Assembly (NCBI GenBank): GCA_963713855.1
Contig: OY970209.1
Coordinates: 1,312,001-1,376,000, forward strand
Reading direction: 5' to 3'
DNA: 64,000 nt
Source: an uncultured bacterium
GTDB lineage: Bacteria > Babelota > Babeliae > Babelales > Babelaceae
How positions within the stretch are numbered: position 1 is the first letter of the stretch; the number at the start of each line of letters is the position of its first letter. The notes beneath the pieces are model-generated. The model searched no databases. It was not told the DNA's origin and saw only the letters and a program-made list of their open reading frames with translations. Shown piece after piece: positions 1-9,035 of the stretch. Position numbers and translations under genes: made by a program.

Positions 1-2
1 AT

Positions 3-146
3 AAGCTCTATAGATTCATTGAACAACAGTCCAATCCTCAACTTGATGAGAGCAAAATCGAGTACCTAGACCTATTGCATGATAAAAACGAAGATAAACT
101 ACCGGACGTAGGATTGCAAAGAAGACGACCTCGCCAGCTCAACTAA
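3..146 (+). CDS. 3' end of a CDS entering from the left edge (hypothetical)
   Basis: Frame 3 is open from the window edge (KLYRFIEQQSNPQLDESK...RPRQLN*) to TAA at 144-146, convergent with the DMT gene. Confidence 0.5.
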   Translation, partial: KLYRFIEQQSNPQLDESKIEYLDLLHDKNEDKLPDVGLQRRRPRQLN

Positions 147-1086
147 GAACGGTCGGCTCTTTTTGAGCTTTCACGTATACGTTTGCAACAATAGCTTGAA
201 GATGCTCAAAGAAATAGAGCATCAGCCCTGAGAGAATAAGCCCTGCAGCTATCAACATGTTCATGGAAACCTGCTCTCCAAAAAAGCACCAACCATAAAA
301 AGCTGCAAAGACTGGCGTTAGAAAACTCGTAAATGTCATTGTTGTTGAGCTGTACGTTTTTAAGATTGTCGCTTGTAAATGAGCGCAAATAACGTTACTC
401 AAAACGATGTTTAATGCAAGAAGGCTCAGAAAAAGCATGCAGTCCCCCTTAAGCCAAATCGGCTCAACCGCAAAAGACAGATTATAAGAAAAGACCCCAG
501 CAAGCAGCATACTAAACCCATTAGCTAAGAGCGGTGAAACAGCTCTATGCCTTACAAGCTTTTGCATGATAAAAAGGCTATAGCTAAAAGAGACAACCGA
601 CGCGAGTAAAATAAAGTCTGGCAGCGTTATAGGCATTAGCAATTGGTCAATACCCTGTGCTTGTCGAACAAGCATGAGGGGTATTAATCCGCTAAAGCCG
701 GCACAAAGCCCTAAAAGTTGTAAGAATGATAAACGCTCTTTAAGTAAATAGTAAGCAATCAACGCAGAAAAGAATGGTGTGATGTTAAAAAGAAGCGCTA
801 TTTTAACAGCAGGTAAATATTGTAAAGCCCACACTCGTGTTATAGCCGGCACAATGACACCAAAAAAAGCAAATTGAGCTATAAGCCACCAATCTTCTAA
901 AGAAAGAGCAGTTATAGAAATACCCTGTAACCGAGCATAGGCGCCAAGACCAAGGCCAGCAATAACCATGCGACTCCCTATAAGAAAGAACGGAGATGCA
1001 TAGGTTAAGAGTATTTTGCTTAAAGTTATCGTAAATCCCGAAATTGCATATAAGACAAAAAGCCAAATCATGTTCCTCTCCCGCAC
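139..1086 (-). CDS. DMT/EamA family drug/metabolite transporter
   Basis: About 10 hydrophobic segments in two repeats; motifs 'PFFSALIAYYLLKER' and 'PVFAAFYGWCFFGE'. Confidence 0.85.
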   Translation of the reverse strand: MRERNMIWLFVLYAISGFTITLSKILLTYASPFFLIGSRMVIAGLGLGAYARLQGISITALSLEDWWLIAQFAFFGVIVPAITRVWALQYLPAVKIALLFNITPFFSALIAYYLLKERLSFLQLLGLCAGFSGLIPLMLVRQAQGIDQLLMPITLPDFILLASVVSFSYSLFIMQKLVRHRAVSPLLANGFSMLLAGVFSYNLSFAVEPIWLKGDCMLFLSLLALNIVLSNVICAHLQATILKTYSSTTMTFTSFLTPVFAAFYGWCFFGEQVSMNMLIAAGLILSGLMLYFFEHLQAIVANVYVKAQKEPTVLS

Positions 1087-1165
1087 CTCTTATACAGGCA
1101 ACTTTTTACGTGCGTACTTAAGAATATCTACTGCTTTCTAGAATAGCAATAAGAAAACGGAAACC

Positions 1166-2023
1166 TCAAACATCTATCTTAGTTATCTTATTATCATGCA
1201 TTTGGTTCCAGTAATGCACGGCGTAAGATTCGGGCTTTAGATGCTTACGTGAAGCACGGTGAAAGTCTCTATTTAGAGGATAAAAATACGAGGGTGGAAG
1301 AGCGATGATTTGTCCTCCAGTAATCGGCGCCCATTTGAGAAAAACGTGTGAAAAGTGAAAAACGCCAGTTCTATGTAGACGGTCACCAAGGCGCATTCTA
1401 GCAGGAATTCCTTTTATGCAAGCATCCATAATAGGATGCCCGGGCGTACACGCAATAACCGCGTTATTAAGTATAGCATCGCAATCTAAAGGACAAATGC
1501 CCGTATAAAACGTATAAAGGTGGTGTAAATCGGTAAATGATTTTAAACATTGCGAATCCATGTCCACGTATAAACCGCCATACTTATAAAGCAGTTCATA
1601 ACGAAGTATGTTTGCCTTTTCAACTGGGTCTTTTGTTTTATCGTAAGCAGCCTGATTGCGTAATTTTAATTTTTTTACTTGCTTATCAGTCCATATCATA
1701 TGCTGCCAGTCTGGATTGAGTTTCTTCCAGCCCTTATTGAGCTCCTTGTAAATTTTTGGCAATGGTTTGCCGCCAACCCAAATAGCATGTCTAATCTTAG
1801 GTATTTTAGGATCCTTTGAGGGAGGCATTTTTCTGGGATCATTTTTTTGATAGAGTGTTTTGAGATAAGCGATCGCCCTCTGATTATATTGTGACTTTCT
1901 AACCTTTTTTGCATACTCAACAGAGCCTTTGCGCATTGAAGCGTCAAAATCAACATACGGTGCTGCTTTGATAAGTGTACTAGTCAGGAATATACCACAA
2001 CTGATGACAATCACATGCTTCAT
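1166..2023 (-). CDS. Secreted DXD glycosyltransferase (GT32 / Och1-SUR1-like sugar-binding region)
   Basis: 'KIPKIRHAIWVG', 'ANILRYELLYKYGGLYVDMD' (DXD), 'YAVHYW'; N-terminal signal peptide. Confidence 0.85.
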   Translation of the reverse strand: MKHVIVISCGIFLTSTLIKAAPYVDFDASMRKGSVEYAKKVRKSQYNQRAIAYLKTLYQKNDPRKMPPSKDPKIPKIRHAIWVGGKPLPKIYKELNKGWKKLNPDWQHMIWTDKQVKKLKLRNQAAYDKTKDPVEKANILRYELLYKYGGLYVDMDSQCLKSFTDLHHLYTFYTGICPLDCDAILNNAVIACTPGHPIMDACIKGIPARMRLGDRLHRTGVFHFSHVFLKWAPITGGQIIALPPSYFYPLNRDFHRASRKHLKPESYAVHYWNQMHDNKITKIDV

Positions 2024-2967
2024 TACTGTTCCTTACCTTTTGCCGAGATGTCCCTAACGAGATTTGCATTTAAATAATTAACTAATGCCTTTGTCGATTC
2101 ATAATTTTGATGCACCATCTTTTTACGAAACGCTATGTTTTCGGTTATCTTTTTATGTTCCTTATTCGTCAGATGACAATGCCCGGGAAAGCCGGTCTGC
2201 TTTACAAGCGTATCAATCATTTTGCAGAGAGAAGCCGGGCTGTGCTTTGCAAGAAGTTTTTTAAGCGTTTCATTATAGACTGTTAAAGCTGCCTTTTGAG
2301 CCGGCGTAAAGGTTGTTTTGTGTCGTTGTAGCATCTTTAAGTTCTTAAGTGTAATGCTTGCAAGATTTTTGCTGAACGCTAACGTAAAATCTATAGCGTG
2401 TAACCTGTCAGACTGCCGATTGTAGATCATATTGTTGCGGTGCCTATCGTCGTTGCCCAAGAAAGTATCTAAAGCTGCTATGGGCGGCAAGTCAGCATGC
2501 TTTACCATGCTTCTAATCGCGAGTAAATGAAGCCCCAATCCACTGTAAGGCTTGTCGGTCTTTCTTTGGCGAATAGTCAAATCGTCAAACCAGCTAACAC
2601 CTTTAAGCGTTGATCCAGCTATAACGCTATGAAGTGTGGCCGGCTGTTTTTGATATGACTTATACATTGAAGAATAGTGGCATGGCATGATATCAATGCT
2701 ATTACACAAAATTCCAACAGATTCCGCCACGATAGCCCCTAAAGCATCCATCGCTAAGTTATTTACATAACGCTTAGCGCCTCCAGCAAGCTGCTTTAAA
2801 AGCAACTGTTGACGATTACCTTTGTTTAAAAGAAAAGAAACCGTACTTGAAGGCTTAGGAATTTTCCTCGTAACGGACCAATCGTTATTTTTTAAAAGCT
2901 TCACCCCTCCAAAAAGAGTACTTGAGCACACCACAAAACCCAAAAGTATATATTTTGAATTCAACAT
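2023..2967 (-). CDS. Secreted atypical kinase-like protein (HipA / PI3-PI4 kinase-like fold)
   Basis: 'FLGNDDRHRNNM' catalytic-loop-like and 'AIDF' metal-binding-like motifs; signal peptide; stop overlaps the start of the GT gene. Confidence 0.55.
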   Translation of the reverse strand: MLNSKYILLGFVVCSSTLFGGVKLLKNNDWSVTRKIPKPSSTVSFLLNKGNRQQLLLKQLAGGAKRYVNNLAMDALGAIVAESVGILCNSIDIMPCHYSSMYKSYQKQPATLHSVIAGSTLKGVSWFDDLTIRQRKTDKPYSGLGLHLLAIRSMVKHADLPPIAALDTFLGNDDRHRNNMIYNRQSDRLHAIDFTLAFSKNLASITLKNLKMLQRHKTTFTPAQKAALTVYNETLKKLLAKHSPASLCKMIDTLVKQTGFPGHCHLTNKEHKKITENIAFRKKMVHQNYESTKALVNYLNANLVRDISAKGKEQ

Positions 2968-3257
2968 CAGAAACCCTCACATTTTTTTCATAACTAGGCT
3001 AGTCAATGAGAGACTGCTTTTGCAATATTTTAACATAGGTATGTGCTTTATATAATAATGTACTAGACTTATTGTCTCTTTAAAGCAAAAGACGTGCCAT
3101 CAAAAAAGCCCAATTGACCTACTGACAAGATGCATCTTAACTTTCAACTCTTCCTAAAGCCTTTAAAACCTCACCTTGCAGTTGCCCAAAGAGGTTCTTT
3201 TTGGCAAACTACAAAAGAAAGAACTTTACAAATAAGCCATAAAGACAAGGAGATATT

Positions 3258-3854
3258 GTGGCTAAAATAGACCTAGCAACGGTCCAACAGCTTCGCGAAC
3301 GCACGGGCGCCGGGATGATGGACTGCAAAAAAGCCCTCGAGCAATGCGAAGGGGACATTGAAAAAGCTATTGATGTTCTACGAAGAAAAGGGGCTGCGAT
3401 AGCAGAAAAGCGGGCTGGATACGCAACAGCCGAGGGTATCATACATGCTTATATACACCCTGGTGCGCGTCTAGGTGTTTTAGTGGAGATAGACTGCGAA
3501 ACTGATTTTGTTGCAAGAACTGACGAGTTTAAGAATTTCGCCCAGGACGTTGGAATGCAAATTGCAGCAACAAGTCCCCGTGCCATCGCGCCTGAAGACC
3601 TTGATCCAGCATTCGTAGAGCAAGAAAAAAAGATCTATAGGGAAGAACTTAAAAACAGTGGTAAACCACCCGCCGTTGTTGAGCAAATAATTGAAGGAAA
3701 GCTTAAAAAGCTCTACGTATCACTCTGTCTTATAAAGCAACCTTACGTTAAGAATGATAAACTGACCGTAGAAGATGTTTTAAAGGAGCTTATTGGTAAA
3801 TTGGGTGAAAATATCAAAATTAAGCGTTTCGCGCGCTTTGAAATTGGCAGTTAA
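3258..3854 (+). CDS. tsf: Translation elongation factor Ts (short 198-aa form)
   Basis: 'LRERTGAGMMDCKKAL', 'CETDFVAR', 'GENIKIKRFARFEIG'; GGAG RBS before the GTG start. Confidence 0.97.
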   Translation: MAKIDLATVQQLRERTGAGMMDCKKALEQCEGDIEKAIDVLRRKGAAIAEKRAGYATAEGIIHAYIHPGARLGVLVEIDCETDFVARTDEFKNFAQDVGMQIAATSPRAIAPEDLDPAFVEQEKKIYREELKNSGKPPAVVEQIIEGKLKKLYVSLCLIKQPYVKNDKLTVEDVLKELIGKLGENIKIKRFARFEIGS

Positions 3855-3856
3855 GC

Positions 3857-4567
3857 ATGTGCAAGCAGAATGTAATACTTTTAAAACTAACGGGTGAGTT
3901 TTTACAAAATGGACACCAAGGTCCTGTCGACAGTATATATGTTCGAGAGCTTGCCCGTCAGATTAAAGCACTGCAAGCTACGCATTACTTTGGTATTGTT
4001 GTGGGTGGTGGAAATTTTTTTAGGGGAAAGCAGGAGGGACACGTTCTTGGTATGCGAGCTTATGCAAGCGACTATGTCGGAATGCTCGCAACACTTATGA
4101 ATGGCACCATTCTTCATGACTTACTTGCCCAAGAAGGTGTTGAATCGGAGCTATTTTCAGCATTGGACTGTAACGCCATTGCTCGTCCCATCTCCGCGCA
4201 AAATATTGAAAGCGCAATGAGAACAAAAGATTGTGTTATATTTGCAGGTGGAATTGGCACACCATTTTTTACGACTGATACGACAGCAATTGTACGCGCG
4301 TTACAAATGCAAGCTCGTGAAGTATGGAAAGTAACCAAAGTGGACGGAATATACACCGCTGATCCTCGACTTCATCCCAATGCCCAACGCTTTTTGCAGG
4401 TAACTTACAATGAAGTTCTTGAACAGCATCTTGAAATCATGGACGAGACGGCAATCGCTTTAGCTCGAGAGCACGGAGTTATTATTAGAGTTTTTTCTCT
4501 TTTTGCACCACAAGCACTTTTAAAAGCAGCCCACGAATCTTCTTTTGGTAGTAAAATTGTACCTTAA
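3857..4567 (+). CDS. pyrH: Uridylate kinase
   Basis: 'LLKLTGE', 'GGGNFFRG', 'DYVGMLAT', 'PFFTTDT', 'KVDGIYTADP'; tsf-pyrH-frr synteny. Confidence 0.95.
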   Translation: MCKQNVILLKLTGEFLQNGHQGPVDSIYVRELARQIKALQATHYFGIVVGGGNFFRGKQEGHVLGMRAYASDYVGMLATLMNGTILHDLLAQEGVESELFSALDCNAIARPISAQNIESAMRTKDCVIFAGGIGTPFFTTDTTAIVRALQMQAREVWKVTKVDGIYTADPRLHPNAQRFLQVTYNEVLEQHLEIMDETAIALAREHGVIIRVFSLFAPQALLKAAHESSFGSKIVP

Positions 4568-4588
4568 GTTTAGACAAGGAAGACGATT

Positions 4589-5176
4589 ATGATTACGTTT
4601 AAGTTCAATGAAAACGCACCTACAAAACAATTTGAAGAAGCCGTAGCAACTGAAATGGACAAAACCGTTAAATTTTTTGAAAAAGAGCTTCTCAAAATCA
4701 GAACCGGGCGAGCGCACCCTTCTCTTTTAGAAGACATCAAAGTCTTAGCGTATGGGAATATGACCCCGCTAAAACAACTGGCTGCAGTGTCTGCCCCGGA
4801 ACCAAGCTTACTTGTTGTGCAGCCCTGGGACAAAAGTATTATGTCAGATGTTGAAAAAGCGCTTTCAACGTCCGACCTTGGCGTCACCCCACTTAATGAT
4901 GGTAACGTCATACGAATCCAACTTCCCCGCATGAGCACCCAACGAAGAGAAGAGCTTGTTAAAGGGCTTCATAAAAAGCTTGAAGAAAGCAAAGTTGCCT
5001 TACGAACTACAAGGAAAGACTTTCACACACTCATTAGGGATGCTGAAAAAAGCAAGAAAATCTCAGAGGACTACAGCAAGCGGATTCAAGATTCTCTGCA
5101 AAAGACGACCGACAAAATGATCGAAATCGCCGAAGGGCTCTCACGCAAAAAAGAAGACGAGATAAAAACGGTTTAA
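4589..5176 (+). CDS. frr: Ribosome recycling factor
   Basis: 'IRTGRAHPSLL', 'VQPWDKS', 'NDGNVIRI'; synteny. Confidence 0.96.
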   Translation: MITFKFNENAPTKQFEEAVATEMDKTVKFFEKELLKIRTGRAHPSLLEDIKVLAYGNMTPLKQLAAVSAPEPSLLVVQPWDKSIMSDVEKALSTSDLGVTPLNDGNVIRIQLPRMSTQRREELVKGLHKKLEESKVALRTTRKDFHTLIRDAEKSKKISEDYSKRIQDSLQKTTDKMIEIAEGLSRKKEDEIKTV

Positions 5177-5231
5177 TGTCCTTCCTTTTTAAGCGTACTT
5201 ATGGTAAATTAAGCCATATCTGAGAAGAAAA

Positions 5232-5307
5232 GGGCTGCTAGCTCAATTGGCAGAGCAACAGACTCTTAATCTGTGGGTTCTCGGTTCGAGTCCGAGGCAG
5301 CCCACCA
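5232..5307 (+). tRNA. tRNA-Lys (anticodon CTT)
   Basis: 76 nt from GGGCTGCTAGCTCAATTGG to GGTTCGAGTCC..CAGCCCACCA; anticodon arm ACAGA-CTCTTAA-TCTGT; CCA encoded. Confidence 0.96.
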
Positions 5308-5319
5308 GAAGCTAGATTC

Positions 5320-5401
5320 GCAAGAGTGGCGGAATTGGCAGACGCGCTGGACTTAGGATCCAGTCCCTAACGGGGTGGGGGTTCGAGTCCCTCCTCTTGC
5401 A
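5320..5401 (+). tRNA. tRNA-Leu (anticodon TAG)
   Basis: GCAAGAG/CTCTTGC acceptor stem, anticodon arm CTGGA-CTTAGGA-TCCAG, long variable arm, GTTCGAGTC T-loop; CCA not encoded. Confidence 0.95.
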
Positions 5402-5430
5402 GTGGTTTTGTAAAAAAGAGGGGTAGAGCG

Positions 5431-6732
5431 ATGAGGTCTGAAACGTACCTTGGTTTTTCATCATCCCGCATAGGCAACGAGCGCTCCCAAGCAACCGTCA
5501 CCGTGGGTCCCTCCTACGTTCAATCAGTGTATTCCCACCTTCTTAAGGCTCAACAGAGCGTCATCACTACTCAGGGCTTTATTAAAGGAGCAACTCCGCT
5601 CACCTATGTAGAATACGCTTTCAAAAATACCATCCTTGAGCACCTTCAAGAATTCTTTTTTACGCACTGCGTTATCAATTTCCTCTACAGCAAAATGAGT
5701 GAGCACAAAATTGAAGCTGCTGGTGAGCCTTTACTTACTCAGGTTGAACTTGATCCAACAACGGGGGGCAGGTACACCTTTGAATTTGTGCAGGTAATAC
5801 CTCCCATTAAGCATGATTGGAAGAGACTTGCTTTTAAAGCACCAACAAGAAAAAATTACAAGGATTTAGATAGGCAAGTAGAGCATTTTCTTGAAGAGGA
5901 GCAGGAACGAGCGACGAAAGATACAAAGGAAGAGATTGTCGCCGGAGATTGGATCTTTTTTAGAATGACTCTTGTTGACGATGAACGGAACAGTATACTG
6001 CCGGGACACATCGATCATGCTTGGATCAAGCTTGGTGACGAAATTATAGATAAAGAGGCTTACGAGGTGTTCTTTGGAAAGCGGGTTGGCGATAGCTTTT
6101 ATAGCTCGAACGAGCTCTTTCAAGAGTACGTCAACAACAATTTTACCATCCATTATACTTTCCTGATAGAAATCAAAGACAAGGTACCGTTCACCTTTTT
6201 CTCACTTGAGCAATTTAAAAAGCAGTTTAGGCTTAAAACGAGCCGTGAAACGCACACCAAGCTTATTGAGGTTTTTTCGTATAGAAATGATATATCACAA
6301 CGAAGGGAGACGGTCGAAGCGCTTTTAAAAACGCTTTTAAGCCGCTATCCTTTTGCAGCTCCAGTGGTTTTATCTGAGCGTCAGGAGAATCTCGTTTTAA
6401 AAGCAATACAGATGAACCCTGATTATCATGTCTATAAGGCCCAGTCTGACTTTCACTATAAAATAAAGCTCTTGGCCGAAAAACAGGTCAAAGAGCACAT
6501 TCTTATTAACCATCTGGCCTATGATGAGCATATGCAGGCAACCGATGAGGACGTTCTTACCTATTTAAACCTCACTAAGAGAGCGCGAACAAAAGAGTTC
6601 ATCTATTTTGATATTCCGACCTTTAAGGCAAAGGGGTACGAGGCTCCTGTGCCGGGAGAGCTCATACGTCATCGGTGCCTCCATGAAAAGATGCTCAATT
6701 ACGTTATAGGTTATCTTACAAAACGGGCATAA
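5431..6732 (+). CDS. tig: Divergent trigger factor-like protein
   Basis: Size (433 aa), 'QGFIKGATP' resembling the GFRxGKxP ribosome-binding loop, FKBP-like 'IVAGDWIFF..' region, and position after tRNA-Leu. Confidence 0.65.
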   Translation: MRSETYLGFSSSRIGNERSQATVTVGPSYVQSVYSHLLKAQQSVITTQGFIKGATPLTYVEYAFKNTILEHLQEFFFTHCVINFLYSKMSEHKIEAAGEPLLTQVELDPTTGGRYTFEFVQVIPPIKHDWKRLAFKAPTRKNYKDLDRQVEHFLEEEQERATKDTKEEIVAGDWIFFRMTLVDDERNSILPGHIDHAWIKLGDEIIDKEAYEVFFGKRVGDSFYSSNELFQEYVNNNFTIHYTFLIEIKDKVPFTFFSLEQFKKQFRLKTSRETHTKLIEVFSYRNDISQRRETVEALLKTLLSRYPFAAPVVLSERQENLVLKAIQMNPDYHVYKAQSDFHYKIKLLAEKQVKEHILINHLAYDEHMQATDEDVLTYLNLTKRARTKEFIYFDIPTFKAKGYEAPVPGELIRHRCLHEKMLNYVIGYLTKRA

Positions 6733-6737
6733 CAAAG

Positions 6738-7661
6738 ATGATTACTGAACAACTTATCATCATAGGTTCGGGGCCTGCGTCATTGACAGCAGCGATCTAT
6801 GCATGCCGCTCCGGGATTATTCCATTGGTACTCGAGGGAAAAAACCCCGGCGGCCAACTGATGACAACATCTTTTGTAGAAAACTGGCCGGGTATTAGGC
6901 GTGTTTTAGGTCCCCAGCTTATGATTAACATGCGCGCGCACGCCGAAGAGCTTGGTGCTCGCTTTGTGGCATGTGAAGTAAAAGGAGCCGATTTTTCGGG
7001 TCAACCGTTAAAGCTTGCAACTGATAAAGGAGATCATCTACAAGCGCATTCGGTTATTATTGCTACCGGCTCTGAGTCTAAAAAGCTCGGCTGCAAAGGC
7101 GAGGATACTTATTGGTCCAAGGGCGTTACCACGTGCGCTGTGTGCGATGGTGCATTTTACAAGGATAAACCCGTTATTATCGTAGGTGGTGGTGATACCG
7201 CCATGGAAGATGCTTCCTTCATGACGCACTTTACCAATGATATAACCGTTATTCATATTCTAGATAAGCTTACGGCAGCTGTAACTATGCAGCAGCGAGT
7301 TGTCAATAATCCGGATATTAAAATCATTTACAATAGTACTGTAACGGCTTTTGAAGGAAACGGTATTCATCTGACCCATGCCCTTGTTACGGATCAAAAG
7401 ACAAAAAAGGTGACGAACATTCGCTGCGATGCTGCTTTTATTGCAATAGGACTCAATCCAAATACAAAGCCCTTTGAAGGGTGTCTTGAGCTTGAGCCGA
7501 ACGGATATATCAAGGTGCATAAGCATACGCATACCTCTGTACCTGGTGTTTTTGCAGCTGGTGACGTTGCTGATTATGTCTATAGGCAAGCTATAACATC
7601 AGCTGGCACTGGCTGCATGGCCGCTCTCGATGCTGAACGGTACTTAAAGACAATTCATTGA
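6738..7661 (+). CDS. trxB: Thioredoxin-disulfide reductase
   Basis: 'IIGSGPA', 'GGQL', 'CAVCDG', 'VGGGDTAMEDA', 'GVFAAGDV', 'RQAITSAGTG'. Confidence 0.97.
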   Translation: MITEQLIIIGSGPASLTAAIYACRSGIIPLVLEGKNPGGQLMTTSFVENWPGIRRVLGPQLMINMRAHAEELGARFVACEVKGADFSGQPLKLATDKGDHLQAHSVIIATGSESKKLGCKGEDTYWSKGVTTCAVCDGAFYKDKPVIIVGGGDTAMEDASFMTHFTNDITVIHILDKLTAAVTMQQRVVNNPDIKIIYNSTVTAFEGNGIHLTHALVTDQKTKKVTNIRCDAAFIAIGLNPNTKPFEGCLELEPNGYIKVHKHTHTSVPGVFAAGDVADYVYRQAITSAGTGCMAALDAERYLKTIH

Positions 7662-7767
7662 AAATTTTACGCTTTCCTTTAGAATAAGAAGATATCCTCT
7701 ATTTCCATGTAAGAAAATAGATACTGCTATTATTAATAGTTACACGTTTAGTAAAGGTTTACAGTGT

Positions 7768-7908
7768 ATGGTTAAGATTGCTAAAAAAAGCCGCAGAAAA
7801 AGAAGCCGTAAACATGGCTTTCTTCACCGGATGTCAACACGAAGTGGCAAAACAATCGTAAGAAGAAGACGAGCGAGCAAGAGAAAACGTCTTAGTGTTA
7901 CCGTCTAA
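7768..7908 (+). CDS. rpmH: 50S ribosomal protein L34 (46 aa; absent from the ORF track)
   Basis: Manual translation MVKIAKKSRRKRSRKHGFLHRMSTRSGKTIVRRRRASKRKRLSVTV*; KHGF..RM motif; lies directly before rnpA. Confidence 0.93.
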   Translation: MVKIAKKSRRKRSRKHGFLHRMSTRSGKTIVRRRRASKRKRLSVTV

Positions 7909-7909
7909 A

Positions 7910-8254
7910 ATGACCAGTCAAGCGCGCCGTATTACTCATTGGAGAAGATCTGAGATAGATTCTTTCTTAAAGCGGTCTCGGCGCGTATACAAAAGCCCTG
8001 AGCTTGATGTCGGTATTGCACCAACACGAGAAAAAGGCTCAGGCAGACTACTCTTCATTATTCCCCGTGCAACCGGCAATGCTCCAAAACGCAACACCTT
8101 TAAAAGGCGTATCAAGGCTATCTTCTATGAGGAAAAGCTTTATGACGCATGCTATGACTGGGTCATTTTTGGGAAAAAAGAAGGGCTAGAAATGAGCTTT
8201 CAAGAACTTCAAAAACTCATACTCTATATCTCCAAAAATATACCTAGAAAATAA
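7910..8254 (+). CDS. rnpA: Ribonuclease P protein component
   Basis: 'GNAPKRNTFKRRIKAIF' RNR motif; ATG at 7910 right after the rpmH stop (the track starts at 7895). Confidence 0.88.
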   Translation: MTSQARRITHWRRSEIDSFLKRSRRVYKSPELDVGIAPTREKGSGRLLFIIPRATGNAPKRNTFKRRIKAIFYEEKLYDACYDWVIFGKKEGLEMSFQELQKLILYISKNIPRK

Positions 8255-8319
8255 ACATAGGCGACAAAAACCGACAAAGTCTTTTATGGCCGATGCAATA
8301 GCTCAAGAAAAAAGCTCTA

Positions 8320-8754
8320 TTAATTTTTTATTGTGAAGTGCCCTTCAGGCGTCGTGCGTGTTACCTCAATTTTATCATCACTATGTATGACCTCATATTC
8401 ATTAGCTACATCTAAATAGAGTTCACCATCGTACATACCTTGCTCACCAGTGTCCTTAAAAAAAGTGCTCGTTCCGATATATATCAGAGGAGACAGTTGC
8501 TTGCCAAAATAGGGCATAGATAAACTTAGTGTCTCGTGCGCGGGAACAGTTCCCGTTTTTATTTTCGCATAAGCTGTATAAGGAATTGCCGGAGAATGAA
8601 CTCCCACTTCAACATTTACTAGCTGCGATGACTTATTTACAACTTTAATTTGATATCTATTTACCTCTTTTATGTGAGAAGTGTGTTCATCACTAAATGT
8701 TATAGCATGTGAAAAAAGAATGGCGAACACTGACAAGTTCAGGTAACATTTCAT
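8320..8754 (-). CDS. Hypothetical secreted beta-rich protein
   Basis: Signal peptide; AGGAGG RBS upstream; no recognised domain. Confidence 0.7.
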   Translation of the reverse strand: MKCYLNLSVFAILFSHAITFSDEHTSHIKEVNRYQIKVVNKSSQLVNVEVGVHSPAIPYTAYAKIKTGTVPAHETLSLSMPYFGKQLSPLIYIGTSTFFKDTGEQGMYDGELYLDVANEYEVIHSDDKIEVTRTTPEGHFTIKN

Positions 8755-9035
8755 TCAATACCTCCTTTATGGTATTTGTACAATCAATCCAGTACAACTC
8801 TAGCAAAGAATATAAAATTAGGAATAGAGACGTATCATTGGTCATAATCATTAGAAAAAAATCGGCGGGCGATAGATGTCATGACGCTGCCGATTATGAA
8901 ACCAGCTTTAAAATACTTTGGTGCCTACAAACATTCGCCCTCTGACAAAAACAATAGATTCTTTTGAGGATGCTGATAAACTTGTTCAATAAAAACTGGG
9001 CATAAAAAAATAGCTGTAAAAAGGTAAAAATTAGT

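Noticed and set aside
5312..5494. 60-aa minus-strand ORF
   Set aside because: It is largely the antisense of tRNA-Leu and the start of the tig-like gene.
8850..8945. Imperfect hairpin (AATCGGCG...GCCGATT) as an ncRNA
   Set aside because: Short, imperfect and single-copy, with no family resemblance.
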